Origin: the human T2T-CHM13v2.0 reference genome, Homo sapiens
Assembly (NCBI RefSeq): GCF_009914755.1
Contig: NC_060930.1
Direction: 5' to 3' (one strand)
DNA: 64,000 nt
Position numbers and translations under genes: made by a program. The notes under the pieces are model-generated. The model was not told where the DNA came from. It made no database searches and worked only from the letters and a program-made list of their open reading frames with translations. Of this stretch, positions 41,615 to 57,070 are shown piece by piece. The number at the start of each line of letters is the position of its first letter. Position 1 is the first letter of the stretch.

Positions 41615-41960
41615 AACTACCATTCAGGAAATGCAGCAAAATAACATTAATTGGTCCATAACAGCACTGGGAATTCTGCTTACAGGCTTTGGAAATTTCT
41701 TCTCCCTATAGAAGGAGAAGATCTCTGATGAGATCTCTGAGAGGAAACTTCCTCCACTTTTCTCCATGGCTCCACTCACTGGGGAAGTTCCCTTAATTAT
41801 CCTCCATGTGCACATATGAAGTGGTCAGTGGCAAGTCTTTCATCCTTGGGACTATGTGTGTTTTGAAGACATATTTCTGTCCTTGAAAAGTCAGAACGCT
41901 GAAGGGGCTGCTTGAAATCTTGAGCTGTGAGAGAATTTTACAATTTAGGTTAAGGGCTTA

Positions 41961-45127
<3,167 letters not shown>

Positions 45128-45647
45128 AAAAACTTAATAGACTTCGTATCTATTTGTTTCCATCAATTCCATGTGGCAGAAATCATACTCAGATTTCTTT
45201 TTTTCTAGACGTTGCCTCCAAATAGGCTCTCTATATTTGTTTCTATACTCTCATGCGTCTCTTTATTTCAGTGTAATAGTGGCTACTTCAAGATATCTGT
45301 CTCTAATGAGAAGGCCAACCCTTTGCTCAAGACTGGGTATTAAGGGGCTTTCATTTGTCAAAATCTTTGTCTATCTTACTTTTCTACTTTTTGAGGTCTA
45401 GAAAATTTTTTCTAGAACATTTTTCTAAAGCTCAAAAATCTTGAATTTTATTGTTTGTTCCATTTTGTAGCTGCTTACTAACCAATCATGTTTCTCATAA
45501 GCTTATCTCTTTCTTGCAATACCTTGCCAAATGCAGCCAACAGTGGCCAGCACATACTAACATCGAGCCAGTCACCTCCCTTACAGTTGCCAGCTCAGTA
45601 GGCACATGGTCCTCTTCTCATGTTATTTCAGTTATTTCAGATTACAG

Positions 45648-46083
<436 letters not shown>

Positions 46084-46479
46084 TAAGTTACCAATTTCTA
46101 GATTTTTCATAGTGTCTCACCATTGTAACAAATAGCCCAGTGACTTAGCACTATAAAAATACCTTTCTCATTAAGATCACATCCAATGTATGTTAGGTAT
46201 CTCTTCTCCAAATACTGATTCAGGTATCCACCCTCCTCTATTTTGGTGCCACCATCTTCAACATATAGCTTCTAAGAAAACAGAGGATGGAGCATGGGGG
46301 ATTTTGAAGGGAGATACTGAGCCTGAAAATGTCAGATATTACTTCCACCCACATTCCATTGTTTATGACTCAGCCACATGCTTCACTGTAAGGAGGTTTG
46401 AAAGTATAGTTTAGTACATATTTAGGATGAAGAGTAGAGAGTGTCGGTGGGCAGCCATTGTTTGCCCCAGATGGGTTTA

Positions 46480-48100
46480 CATAAGAAACAAATTATGAAG
46501 AGCTTTGTATTACTCTACTCTGAAAATTGAACAGCAACATCAAAAAACAATTTAAGGGAAGTGGCTGAAAGAAAGGGAAAACAGAGGGTGGGTGGTGATA
46601 TACCAGGGAGGAATATCTCACAGTGAAAGCTGAGAAAGAGTATTCAGGAAGGCATTGAAAAGGCTTATGAGAGAGTGATGTCCTAGAAGCCAAAGGAGGA
46701 AAGTATTATCTAAAAGTCTAAAGTGTCAAATGCCACAGAGTGATCAAAATGATGGGACGGTGAAAGGGCAGATAATACCAAGTGTTCAAATAGTTGTGGG
46801 GGCAGCTAGAATACTTATACACGTGTGTTGGAGAACTGTATTTACTAAAGATGAAAAATAAATGTATTTATATGTGATCCGAAAGATATATTTGGATATT
46901 AATAGCAACAAAATTTGTAATAGCCAAGAACTAGAAATGACTCAAATGTACAGCCACAGTAGAATGGCTAAATATGTTGTGGAATATTCATATATTGAAA
47001 TGCTATATTGTAATAAAAATAAACTTTGTGAATAAATCTTGCAAATAGTGTTGACCAAAAGAAGTCAGGCACAAAAAATACATACTGCATGATTCCATCT
47101 ATATAAAATTTCAAACATTCAAATCTAATCTTTGGTATTAGAAATCAGGATAGTGGTTACCCACGGAGGCAGGTAAGACTTCAAGGAAACAGGAAGGGTC
47201 TTTTTAGGTTCTGGTAATGTTTGAGATTTAGGTAATAGTTACATGGTATGCTGAATGGAATAATGGCCTCCTAAAGGTATTCGTGTTCTAATTCCTGCCA
47301 TCTGTGAATATGTAATCTTACATGACACAAAGGACTTCACAGGTATGATTGAGAATTTTGAGAATATTAGTCTGGCATATCTGGATGGGCTTGGTGTCAG
47401 GATGAGGGTCCTTATAAGGGGAAGGGAAGTAGCTCAGAGTGAGAGACATTTGTAAATAAAAGGAGAGTTTGGAATGATGCACTTTGAAGTTTCAGGAAGA
47501 GTCCATGAGCAGGCATCCTCTAGAAACTAGACAAGGCAAGGAAACATACTTATCCTAGAGTGTCCAGAAAGAATGTAGCTCGGTCAACACCTTGATATTA
47601 GTCCTAAGAGCCATTTTGGATTTCTCGTCTCCAGAACTGCATGATAATAAATTGACGTTAAGTCACTAATTGTGTGGTAATTTGTTACAGCAGCAAAAGA
47701 AAGCTAATACATATAGGCATGTTGACTTGGTGAAATTCCATTGTATACTATTTCAGCAAAAATTACATCAAGGAAAGAATGGAATAAGAGAATTATCAGA
47801 TTTGACAATTAGAAAGTTATTTATAACCCTATTTAAAGCAGTGTTTAGAGTGGTGGAGGTAGAAGCCAGATTATAGTGGCTTGGAAATCAAAAGGAAGTT
47901 GAGGAAGTAAAAGCATTGATATTAACACTCATTTAAAATATTATCTGTTATGGAAAGAAGAAAGTTAGGTTGAGTTGGGGGTGGAGTGGGATGCATAGGG
48001 GTAGCATTAAGGAAAGAGTTCTATTTAGACGGAGAAAGCCTTAAGCAATTTTTTTTTTTAGACTGAGGGAAAGAAACTAGAGAAGTTATAGAAGAGAATG
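46480..48100. mobile_element. Nested old repeats: L2 (minus) interrupted by an L1ME 3' end (~46770-47760, plus)
   Basis: L2 motifs GTGTCAAATGCCACAGAG and GGTGGAGGTAGAAGCCAGATTATAGTG; L1ME motif CATACTGCATGATTCCATCTATATAAAATTTCAAA. Confidence 0.6.
47247..47711 (+). mobile_element. MLT1C/D solo LTR
   Basis: GAATAATGGCCTCCTAAAG...CTGTGAATATGT...CTCCAGAACTG...GTGGTAATTTGTTACAGCAGC...AAGCTAATACA. Confidence 0.85.
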
Positions 48101-48283
48101 TGAAAATAAAAAAGACTGGAACTAGTCTATTATTTCCTTTTCTGCTGCTAAGCAAGAGGAGAACTGAACATTTATAAGCATGTGAAGGAATACCTGGAGA
48201 TTTTACTCATATGAGGAGGTGAAAGTCCCTTCATCTGCTTTATTAGGGTGGGAGGCACTGGACTAAGCTTTCCTATTAGTATT

Positions 48284-49100
48284 TGTGTTAGTTGGCTATT
48301 TACTATGTGTAAAAACATGTGCCCAAACTTAGCAGCTTACAACAAAAATAATATATCTAGCTCATGAATTGATAGATCAGTCGGGTGGATTTTCTAGTCT
48401 TGGTTGATTTTTGTTTGTTTGTTTTTTGAGACTGGGTTTCACTCTGTCTCCCAGGCTGGAATGCAGTGGCATAACCATGGCTCACTTCAGCCCCAACCTC
48501 CCAGGTTCAAGTGATCCTCCCACCTCAGCCTCTTTAGTAGCTGTTGTGCACCACCCCTCCTGGTTAATTAAAAAAAAACTTGGTAGAGACAGGACTCTCA
48601 CTATGTTGCACTGGTCTTGAACTTCTTGTCTCAAGCCATCCTTCCTCCTTGGCCTCCCAAAGTGCTGGGATTATGAGTGTAAGTCTCCATGCCTGGCCAG
48701 CTTGATTGATTTTTGCTGGGCTTTCTCATTTGTCTGCAATCAGATAATGTGTCCATTGGTCTAAGATGGCCTCAGACATGTTTTGTCTCCATCACACGGT
48801 CTCTTTTACCCTTCAGTAGGCTAGTCCTAGACTATCTCGTGGTACAGGCAGGGTTTAAAGATAGCAAGCAGATGTATACAAAGCATTTTGTGGCCTAAAC
48901 TTGTAATAGGAATGCTGTCACTTCCACCTTATCCTTTTGGCCAACATAAGTCATGAGACAAGCCCAAAATCAAGATAATCCAAAATGTAAACAGTGGAGA
49001 AATAAATTCAACCTCTTAATGGGAGGAGCTACAAAGTCACATTGAAAGGGGCATGGATAAAAGGAATGGGACAATTCAGGCCATTTTTGTAATAAATATA
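48284..49100 (-). mobile_element. MLT1G/H-like LTR split by an AluJ
   Basis: TGTGTTAGTT...CCCAAACTTAGCAGCTTACAACAA; CTGTCACTTCCACC; CCTCTTAATGGGAGGAGCTACAAAGTCACATTG. Confidence 0.75.
48408..48698 (-). mobile_element. AluJ
   Basis: Reverse dimer with CAAGTGATCCTCCCACCTCAGCC; TSD CTTGGTTGATTTTT / CTTGATTGATTTTT. Confidence 0.92.
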
Positions 49101-50423
49101 GTAAAATATTCTTTCTGAATGTTATTGTCAATGATAACATTTGAGGGATATATTTTCATGTTGATTTAGCCTAACTTTGCTGTTACCCTGATATCAGCTT
49201 TTCATGAGCTGATTTCTATTCCACAGGGCATACTCTTTTGGCCACTGGATAGTCAAGATATAGAGTGACTAGTGGTAGGGTATTTGGTTGTCTTAGGTGT
49301 CCAGAACCGATTGACCCAGTGTTCTGTAAGATCAGCCTTTTCTGTATCTCTCTAAATTTTAGGGGGAGGGAATTTTTCTCATTAGTAACAGAGATATGTA
49401 GAAAATACAATATTCAAGCTTAGATTTATCAGAAGATAATTCAAATTATCTCACTTAACAGATTCTGGATCTGTTTAAATTCACTGAAAATCTGGATCAA
49501 ATACTAGCTTTTCTATTACAGAGATATCAAATTTCGGATATGCTTCATTATGACTCAATTTCTTGGCACATGCTAAAAAGCACCCCAGTAATCCAGTGCA
49601 AATGAATGTAGAACATATCACAGACCCTGCTTTGGGTCAGAATGTCCCCACCTCCTCTCTACCTGCTCACTCTATTTTTTTCGCCTGAATAGGATACACC
49701 CCAATATTGATATTCAGTACGGATACTGAGCATGTAATTTATTATGTCAAACTGAAAAATGCCTGTGGTGATACAAGTTTTTATAGCTGTGGTTTTCTCT
49801 AGTTCAAATTGCTTTGAGTATCTATGTGTTGGCAGAAAGTTCGAAGTAGGATGGATACAGAAACCATGAGTGGACAAAAGACACCTTTAGAAACTACAAA
49901 CCAGCAACCAGAAAGCCTTTTAGCTGTAAGTCAGCAGACTTTTATGTCAAGCTTGGCTGACTAATTATTGCTTATAATTTGCATTAGGATTAATTAACTA
50001 ATTAGAGAGGAATGTCTGAAGGCAAAGTTATGGCTCTGCTTGTCAAGCTGAGGACTTTAATTATTCTGATATTTTTAATTATAATCAGCTGCTGAATGAG
50101 TATTACATTGTCAGCTACTATCGCTGAAACTAGGCTGGGCAAAGGGGCTGGAGGAATTATGGGGACTTGCGGCTGTTCTTCCTACTAGCAAGGGAAAGGT
50201 ATGGCCCAGCCACCCGGAGGAAGAAAATCTTCCAAGAGCAAGTCTTTAAAAGTGCACACAGAACTGGGTAAACCACAACAATTCAGGTTGGTTTGCCAAT
50301 TAAAGACTGAAGCAGAAACTTCTCCAAAGCAGAATGAGAAAACCAGCCTCGTGTTCACTTCTATGGTTGGCAAGAAGCCTTATAAGATGATCATACCAAT
50401 GGACTGGACTTAGCCAACTAGAC

Positions 50424-50725
50424 TTTTTTTTTTTTTTTTTTTTGGAGACAGAGTCTTGCTCTGTCTCCCAGGCTGGAGTGCAGTGGCACGATCTTGGCTC
50501 ACTGAAAGCTCTGCCTCCCAGGTTCATGCCATTCTGTCTCAGCCTCCTGAGTAGCTGGAAATACAGGCGCCTGCCACCACACCAGGCTAATTTTTTTTTG
50601 TATTTTTGGTAGAGATGAGGTTTCACTGTGTTAGCCAGGATTGTCTTGATCTCCTGACCTCGTGATCTGCCCACTTTGGCCTCCCAAAGTGCTGGGATTA
50701 CAGGCGTGAGCCACCACGCCCAGCT
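50424..50725 (-). mobile_element. AluY
   Basis: AAGCTCTGCCTCCCAGGTTCATGCCATT, GTGTTAGCCAGGAT and GACCTCGTGATC are Y diagnostics. Confidence 0.95.
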
Positions 50726-51599
50726 GACATTTTTTTTTTTTTTTTAAATGAATACTAGTGTTAGCTTCCTGGAGCTCTGTGTAAATTGTTTGCTATAAAA
50801 TTGGGCTTATATGACTTTCTGCTTTTTCCCTAAGTGGCAAGTTAGGAGACTTAGTATGCATGTCCTGGAAACTGCTATGTGTGTGCCAAAGAAAATTATT
50901 AATATTAAATAAATGTGCCTAGCACATGGTACATAACCAGTAAAAATGTATTGAATGAATTGTGACATATTGGTATATAATACACAATAACTAGCAAATA
51001 CAAGTGTACTACCACAGCAGCTAATTTCACAAGATATCTGGGGATTTCTGCTAGAATAACAGAAATAAGAATCAAACCCTTTATCTTGGACATGATATTT
51101 AAACAATTGTCAGAAACACAATGAAAAATAATACCTCCAAATAATTCATTGAAAGATGAAACATGGTGACTTTTCCCTGTTGCTTAAAGAGCTTAAAACT
51201 TCTCTGTTCTCTTTAGATAATTACAACAAAGAAACTCTGAGCATAAGTGATGTTAAAGGTTCCAAATGACTTACAAACTGGCAAAGGCCCGCAGATTTAA
51301 TGTTAAGGCATTACACAAATGTTGTGCTGATTTCTTTTCTTTTTAAAGATGCCCAGGAGTGAATTCACAGATTCTCAATCACACAGACACTCTATGAGAA
51401 TCAGCAGTGTTTTCTTTGAGAATGTGGTTTAGGAATGAAGAAAGTCATTTAGCCCTTCATTATTGCAAAAATGCTCTGCATTTAGCAGTCTCTGTTTTCC
51501 TATATTGTACAGAAGAGGCAAATAAAATCCATAAAATCATAGTCTATTAGGACCAGGAAGAGACCTTTGAAAGGGGCAGCAGTGTGTATAGTATTTTAG

Positions 51600-52160
51600 A
51601 GGATATACACCCGTATTTGATTTATTTAACAAACTCTTGCATAGACTTTGTCTTGTGCCAGGCATTGTTTGAAGCACTCCTAAACAACCATAAAAGAAGC
51701 CCCCATATTACTGAGGCACATGGATTAAGGGACTTGACCAAGGTAACACAGCTAGCACGTGGTGGGGCTGGGAATTGAGCTCTGGCCTAAGAGGCTATGT
51801 TCCTCACAGCTGGGATGCAGTGCCTCACATGGTGTGACTTAAATCTTGGCCTCTTTTGGTCCTCTGTGTCTTCATCTGTTAGTAGGAAATAATAATAGTA
51901 TTTGCATCATAGTGTTGTTGGGAAGATTCAATGAAGAAATGTCAATGGGACATTTCACATAGATCTGAAAATACAGTACATGCTTAATAATACTTGCGCC
52001 ATTTAGCTAGATATCAGGTCCAACCTCCCAATTTTGCAAATGAAGGATCTAAGGAACAGAGGTTAAGTGACTTGCTCAAGGTCACTACATCAGCAGGTAC
52101 CCCAGCTAGGAGGAGAATGTTGGACACCTGATTCTCAGTCCAGTGCTCTGTCCACTGTCT
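51600..52160. mobile_element. Cluster of MIR SINEs in both orientations
   Basis: ACTGAGGCACA...GACTTGACCAAGGTAACACAGCTAG; CTTCATCTGTTAG...AATAATAGTA; GGTTAAGTGACTTGCTCAAGGTCAC. Confidence 0.75.
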
Positions 52161-52799
52161 ACATCATGGCTCTTGGAGTCACTAACTTGTCTTCCAAGTT
52201 GCTTGGGACTTTCCTGATTTTTGGATTGACAGGCAAAATCAATAGTTGGTCACTCTAGTTCTCATGTAATTTTACTCTGCAAAGGACAGGTAGTCTTGCC
52301 TCTTTCCCTAACATCTGATTTCTTGGGAAAAAGGTACCTGGGCTTGGGAAGGACACAGACAACTGTTAATATCTTTATACCAAACATTGGTGAGAAAAGC
52401 TCTATATAATGATGTGCAAATCTCTTTACTATCTTAACAGATGAAATTGGCTGATTTTTGTGACTGCTCTTATTGAATATTCCTGTGTTGACACAGCATA
52501 AATAAAATATCATAGGAGTTACAGCATCATGATATTGCTTTAATTACATATTGCTTTACATTTTCAAAATGATTTCCAGTGCATTATCTTACTTGGTCTT
52601 GTTTTGTTTTTGCCATGTTCTTTTCCATTTTACAAATGGGGAGAGGAGGGCTCAGATAATGGTGACTTGCTTAAGGTCACAAACCTGGGCCCCTCACTCA
52701 AAGCCTAATGCTTTTTTTTTTTTTTTTTTTGCTGCCCTTTACTAGTACATGGTAGGATTGTACAATAATGGGTAATTTCTCTTCAGGGAAATGTCCCAT

Positions 52800-53020
52800 C
52801 AAGAGATGGGACAAGAGAAACATGTACCTTGGTGCAAAATTGAAGGAGTCATCCAAAAACTGAGTAATCAAGATAAATAATATTTGAATGTACTATTTGT
52901 TGAAATTGAAATGTATGCCAAAAAAATCCATGATGAACAAAATATCAACATTTTAAATAAAGACAGGCCAAACCTCTACTTGTGCAACCTTGTCTCCCCA
53001 ACCTCCCCCTGATCTTGGCC
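52800..53020 (+). mobile_element. ORSL-like hAT-Tip100 DNA element
   Basis: AAAAACTGAGTAATCAAGATAAATAATATT...AAAAAATCCATGATGAACAAAATATCAACATTTTAAATAAAGACAGG; family name from memory. Confidence 0.6.
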
Positions 53021-54869
53021 TTGCACACAACTTCATTTCCCATGATGGAGAAAAATCAAGTCCCTTAGCACATTGGAAGATAAATTCAGTTAACCCTGTT
53101 TCCCCAGGGTTCAACAAACCTACATCACTTAATTTTCATTTATTTTCTAACTTATTTCCTTCTTAGAGCATCTTCCTCTCTGTCAATACTTCCTAATAAT
53201 ATATATAAGAGCCAGTCTTATTCCGGAGTTACTTATGGATCATTCTCCAGAACCTAGACCTTGGAGGAAAATGTGTTGTTTGTCCTCACCTTGGCCCTCC
53301 ATAAACACAGCTCACCTGTCATGGGCAGGTCTATGTTAATAGTTTGGTGACGATTAGCACAGGTGAAAGAGATCCTGGTGTATGATTGGGGCTGAGTCTT
53401 GGGAGCATGTGCTGTGGTTGGCACTGCAAAGACAGCACACCCAGGGCCAGGGCATTGGGGGCACAGAGAGGGTCATCTCCATGGTGGTGGCAGCAGCTCC
53501 CCAGGCTGCAGGTTCTCTCAGATGTTTATGATTTGGGGCCTGCCTTACAAAGAACGCTTCTGCTCCAAAATGAAGCAGTGTATTCACCAGTAGAGGTTGG
53601 CCGGCTGTTCTTTATTAGAGAACATCTGTGGGGAGTATTTGAAGTAAACTTCTCTGGAAAAAGTGTACACGTTTATGCTCTGGCATGCCATTTGCATCAC
53701 ACTGGCTCCTCTACAAAATATGTTCAAAAAAATTTCAAGCTGGCTGCTTTATTTCTTCCTCACCAGTCAGCATTCTTTTTCTTGAAAGGGCTTTCATCTA
53801 CAAGGCTGCCGATACCCACTCACTTCCCCCACCCCTGAGGAATCAAAAGCCACTTCGTCAAGCTCAGGCATCAAAATGAACAAAACATAATGAGACTGTC
53901 AATGTTCAGTGACTAATGCAGGTTTATTGCTGTGATGCAGGTATGGAAGACAAGTGTGGACATACCTGTAATTGTTTCTAATAACAGCAGGCCGATTAAC
54001 ATTGTTTTTTGGATTATATGATTAATGAAAATAGAGCAGAAATGAAAAATAGGGCAGAAAAACTAAGAGATATTTTCACCTGCAAGGAAAACTGCTCCTT
54101 TATTCCCAGAGCACCAAAAAAAAAAAAAAAAAAAAAAGGATCACAGCTCCTTTGAATTTTTATTGTACCTGCAATAGAAACACATAAGCTACAACCACCT
54201 CTTTTATCAGGGGTGGCACTGAAAGGAACTGTTCCATGTCAGTGAGTATTTCAGAAAATGGGTGTGTTTTTGTTGCTGTTGTTATTGTTTTTTAAGGTGC
54301 CCAAACAATAAATTGATCCTTTGGTCATGACATAGGGTTGATCATTCCTGAGACTCCTGATAAGCTACAGCAGTTACTCTCTTCTCTATCACCCAGTGGT
54401 GGTGTCTTGAAGGTCTATTTGCTTGTACAGAGATTTTTGCCTCTATCCTAAGTGACCCCAGACATGGTGCTTTTTCATCTAACACCTGTGTCCATTGCAG
54501 TCATTTTTACATTCTCTTTGTTGACTACTATCAGTTTCCTCAACATTTTATCTGCTGTCAACAGTACTGCAATTGTGTCTGACTCCATAAGTCTTCCTAG
54601 CAGTCCTGTCTCTTCTGATTCATTCTTTTCATCTACTTTGAGCTAGGATGCCAGGCCACCAAGGCTTCTAAATTTGTCAAAAATGAGGCACCAAGAAAAG
54701 TCTGTATATATATGATGTGAATAAGCAACAGGTCATGAGTTTAAGTTCATGAAGGCTTCCCCCGCCACCCCACCCCCCCACAATATACTATTTCCTCACT
54801 GTGTTCCAGATAGCTGAGATTGCTAGAGAACTGTTTCAAATGAGTGTAATGTCTTCTCTTCTTTCTTTG

Positions 54870-55068
54870 AGTAAGAATTTAATAGACACAAGGCCAGCCA
54901 TGCCACATGGGAGATGAAGCTGGTACTCAAGTCATCTCATTGAAAGCTCATAGGTTAAGAGTTTTTCAAAGGCAATTTGGGGGAAGGGGTGGGAATGGCC
55001 AGTAACAGATGCTTGCTGCTGGTTGGCTAGGGTGGAGTTGAAATCATAAAGGGTCATCGAAGTTGTTT
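54870..55068 (-). mobile_element. MER50-like ERV1 LTR fragment
   Basis: TTTAATAGACACAAGGCCAGCCATGCCACATGGGAGATG...GGGGGAAGGGGTGGG...GCTTGCTGCTG...GAAATCATA. Confidence 0.7.
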
Positions 55069-56616
55069 TTGCATGTCATCTCCCTAAGGTCATTGTAAGC
55101 ACCAGTGTGGCAGGGACCTCTATCTTACAAGTGTTTACATTTCTTGCACTATCCAGAAATGGCACCTTATACATTGTTGGAATTTAGTGAATTTCACAAT
55201 GACTGAATGTGCTACTCAAGACTTTCTAAGACTCAGTTTCCTCAATTACAATGCAATGGATTTGGTCTCTATGAATAATTTCTTAGATAACTGATAAAAA
55301 AACAGTAATTGACAAAAAAAATAAGGTGCTATCTGACAGTGTAAGCAAGTGAGTCTCTTTCCTTCTTTCTGAGGTTATATCCATCTTAATTCTTGGTGCT
55401 AAAATAGCTGTTCTTTGAGGAGGTGATGATGCCAACAGATGATTTTTAAAATGTCCTTACAAAGTGATACATTGGTAACCCTGTGTCAGACTTCAATTGA
55501 AATGAAACAAATGACGTTTGTCAAAATTTAAGAGCACTGAACAAAAATCCAGTCATACCATTCTAAACATTTATAAATCTGTCTTTAAATAAATTGAACC
55601 ATATTAATTTCAACAACACAGTAGAGATTGAATATATAAATAAGTTTAAGAAGGACTAAGTTACTATAGGCACAATCCCTAGTGCATACTTAAAACAGGC
55701 AAAATTTCAGGGATGACGGGGAAGATAGAGCTTACTTTTTGCAGTTGATGTCATGAAATTCACCTGTACTTTCCAGGCTTGTTCATTAGTTCCTCAGAAG
55801 GTCAGAATATAGGCCCAACAAGTCTTCTGAGCCTGGAGGACACCTCTTATGCTTCTGTAAACATTCTTCCTTCATATTCCATCTCCTGTCCCAGCCACTC
55901 TCCACTCCAGCTCTGGGTTCTGAAGAAGAAGAAGAAAAAGATAAAAAGAATGGAGTAAAGTTACAAGGAGGGAAAAGAGAGAGACATTTTCTTAACCTTT
56001 TGGATGTCTGCAGGTAACCTTGCTTGAAATTCTAGTCCAGGCATTTTATTTCCTCTTTCACAATGTCCTTAGTTTATCACCATTATGTGTGGCTCAGTGA
56101 TAGTTGAGACCTGGGATAGCCATACTCAAGGTGGGACAGGATGACCCAGCAAAAACAATTCATTTTTCCCCTATTCTTTCTGTTTTCCTCACAAGGATGT
56201 GAACCAGGCTTACCTCTGAGGCTGCAGGAGTAAAAAGTCTTCATCTCCTTTTTGTTTTCTCTGTTTTATTGGCCGCAGCTTACTTAGAATCACTCACCTG
56301 AAACCAGTGACTTCTGTGGCTGCTGGCAAAGCAGCATTCCTCTTTATTTTCAGGATACTATGGGGGGATGGAGCATAAAACTGAGTGGCAGGGGCAGCTC
56401 AGGAGCCCACATGGCTGCAGCCATTGTCTCTGCTGTTGAGAGAACTCCTGAGCAGTGCCTGGGATACTACCTTCCTCCGCAGTAGTTTGGGGCTGAGTGC
56501 TCAGAAAGATCTTGAAATGCTTTAGAGAAAAGTTAGGGAACATTTTGCGGGACTGATTTTCTTTCATTTCTTTCATGACCTTTCCCTCCCTTCATTTAGA
56601 GAGCTGCCAGTTATGA

Positions 56617-57070
56617 CATTCATTCATGTATTCATTCAATATATATTTGTTTAGTATGGAATGTATGCTGTACTGCATTGGATTCTAGGGATTCAAATAT
56701 AAACTCCTGCCATTGAGGAACCCCTAGTCTTGTAAGACCCAGACAGAAGTGAATACTCAACAACACTACACTTGGCTAAAGGGTAAGCATGACTCCTACA
56801 CTCTGCTAAGTGCATGGACAGGTTTGTGTATGTGGTGAGTGACTCTGCCTGGGAAGAGGAGTAAGCAAGCAGGGCAGATGTCATCAAGAAGGTGACACTG
56901 AAATTGGGGATTAAAGCTCTGTAGAACTTTGTGTTATACAAAAAAGATGGGAAGCAAATAGAGGACAGAAGGAACAGGATGTGTGGAGGCCTGGAAGTAA
57001 CTGTGAATAGGTGAGTGTGGCTGGACTATTGGATGTGTGTTAGTTTGGATTAATGGGGGATGATGCTGGG
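56617..57070 (-). mobile_element. L2 3' end
   Basis: CATTCATTCATGTATTCATTCAATATATATTTG tail; CAAGAAGGTGACACTGAAATTGGG. Confidence 0.7.

Noticed and set aside
50300-50674. Alu-derived ORFs here and at 10590, 13096, 29218, 45620 and 61948
   Set aside because: Standard Alu translations, not genes
53386-53838. 150-aa ORF in non-repeat DNA
   Set aside because: Non-ATG start, no recognisable domain or exon structure; length compatible with chance
53936-53970. 10-bp stem hairpin TGCAGGTATG..CATACCTGTA
   Set aside because: Too short for a pre-miRNA and no other support
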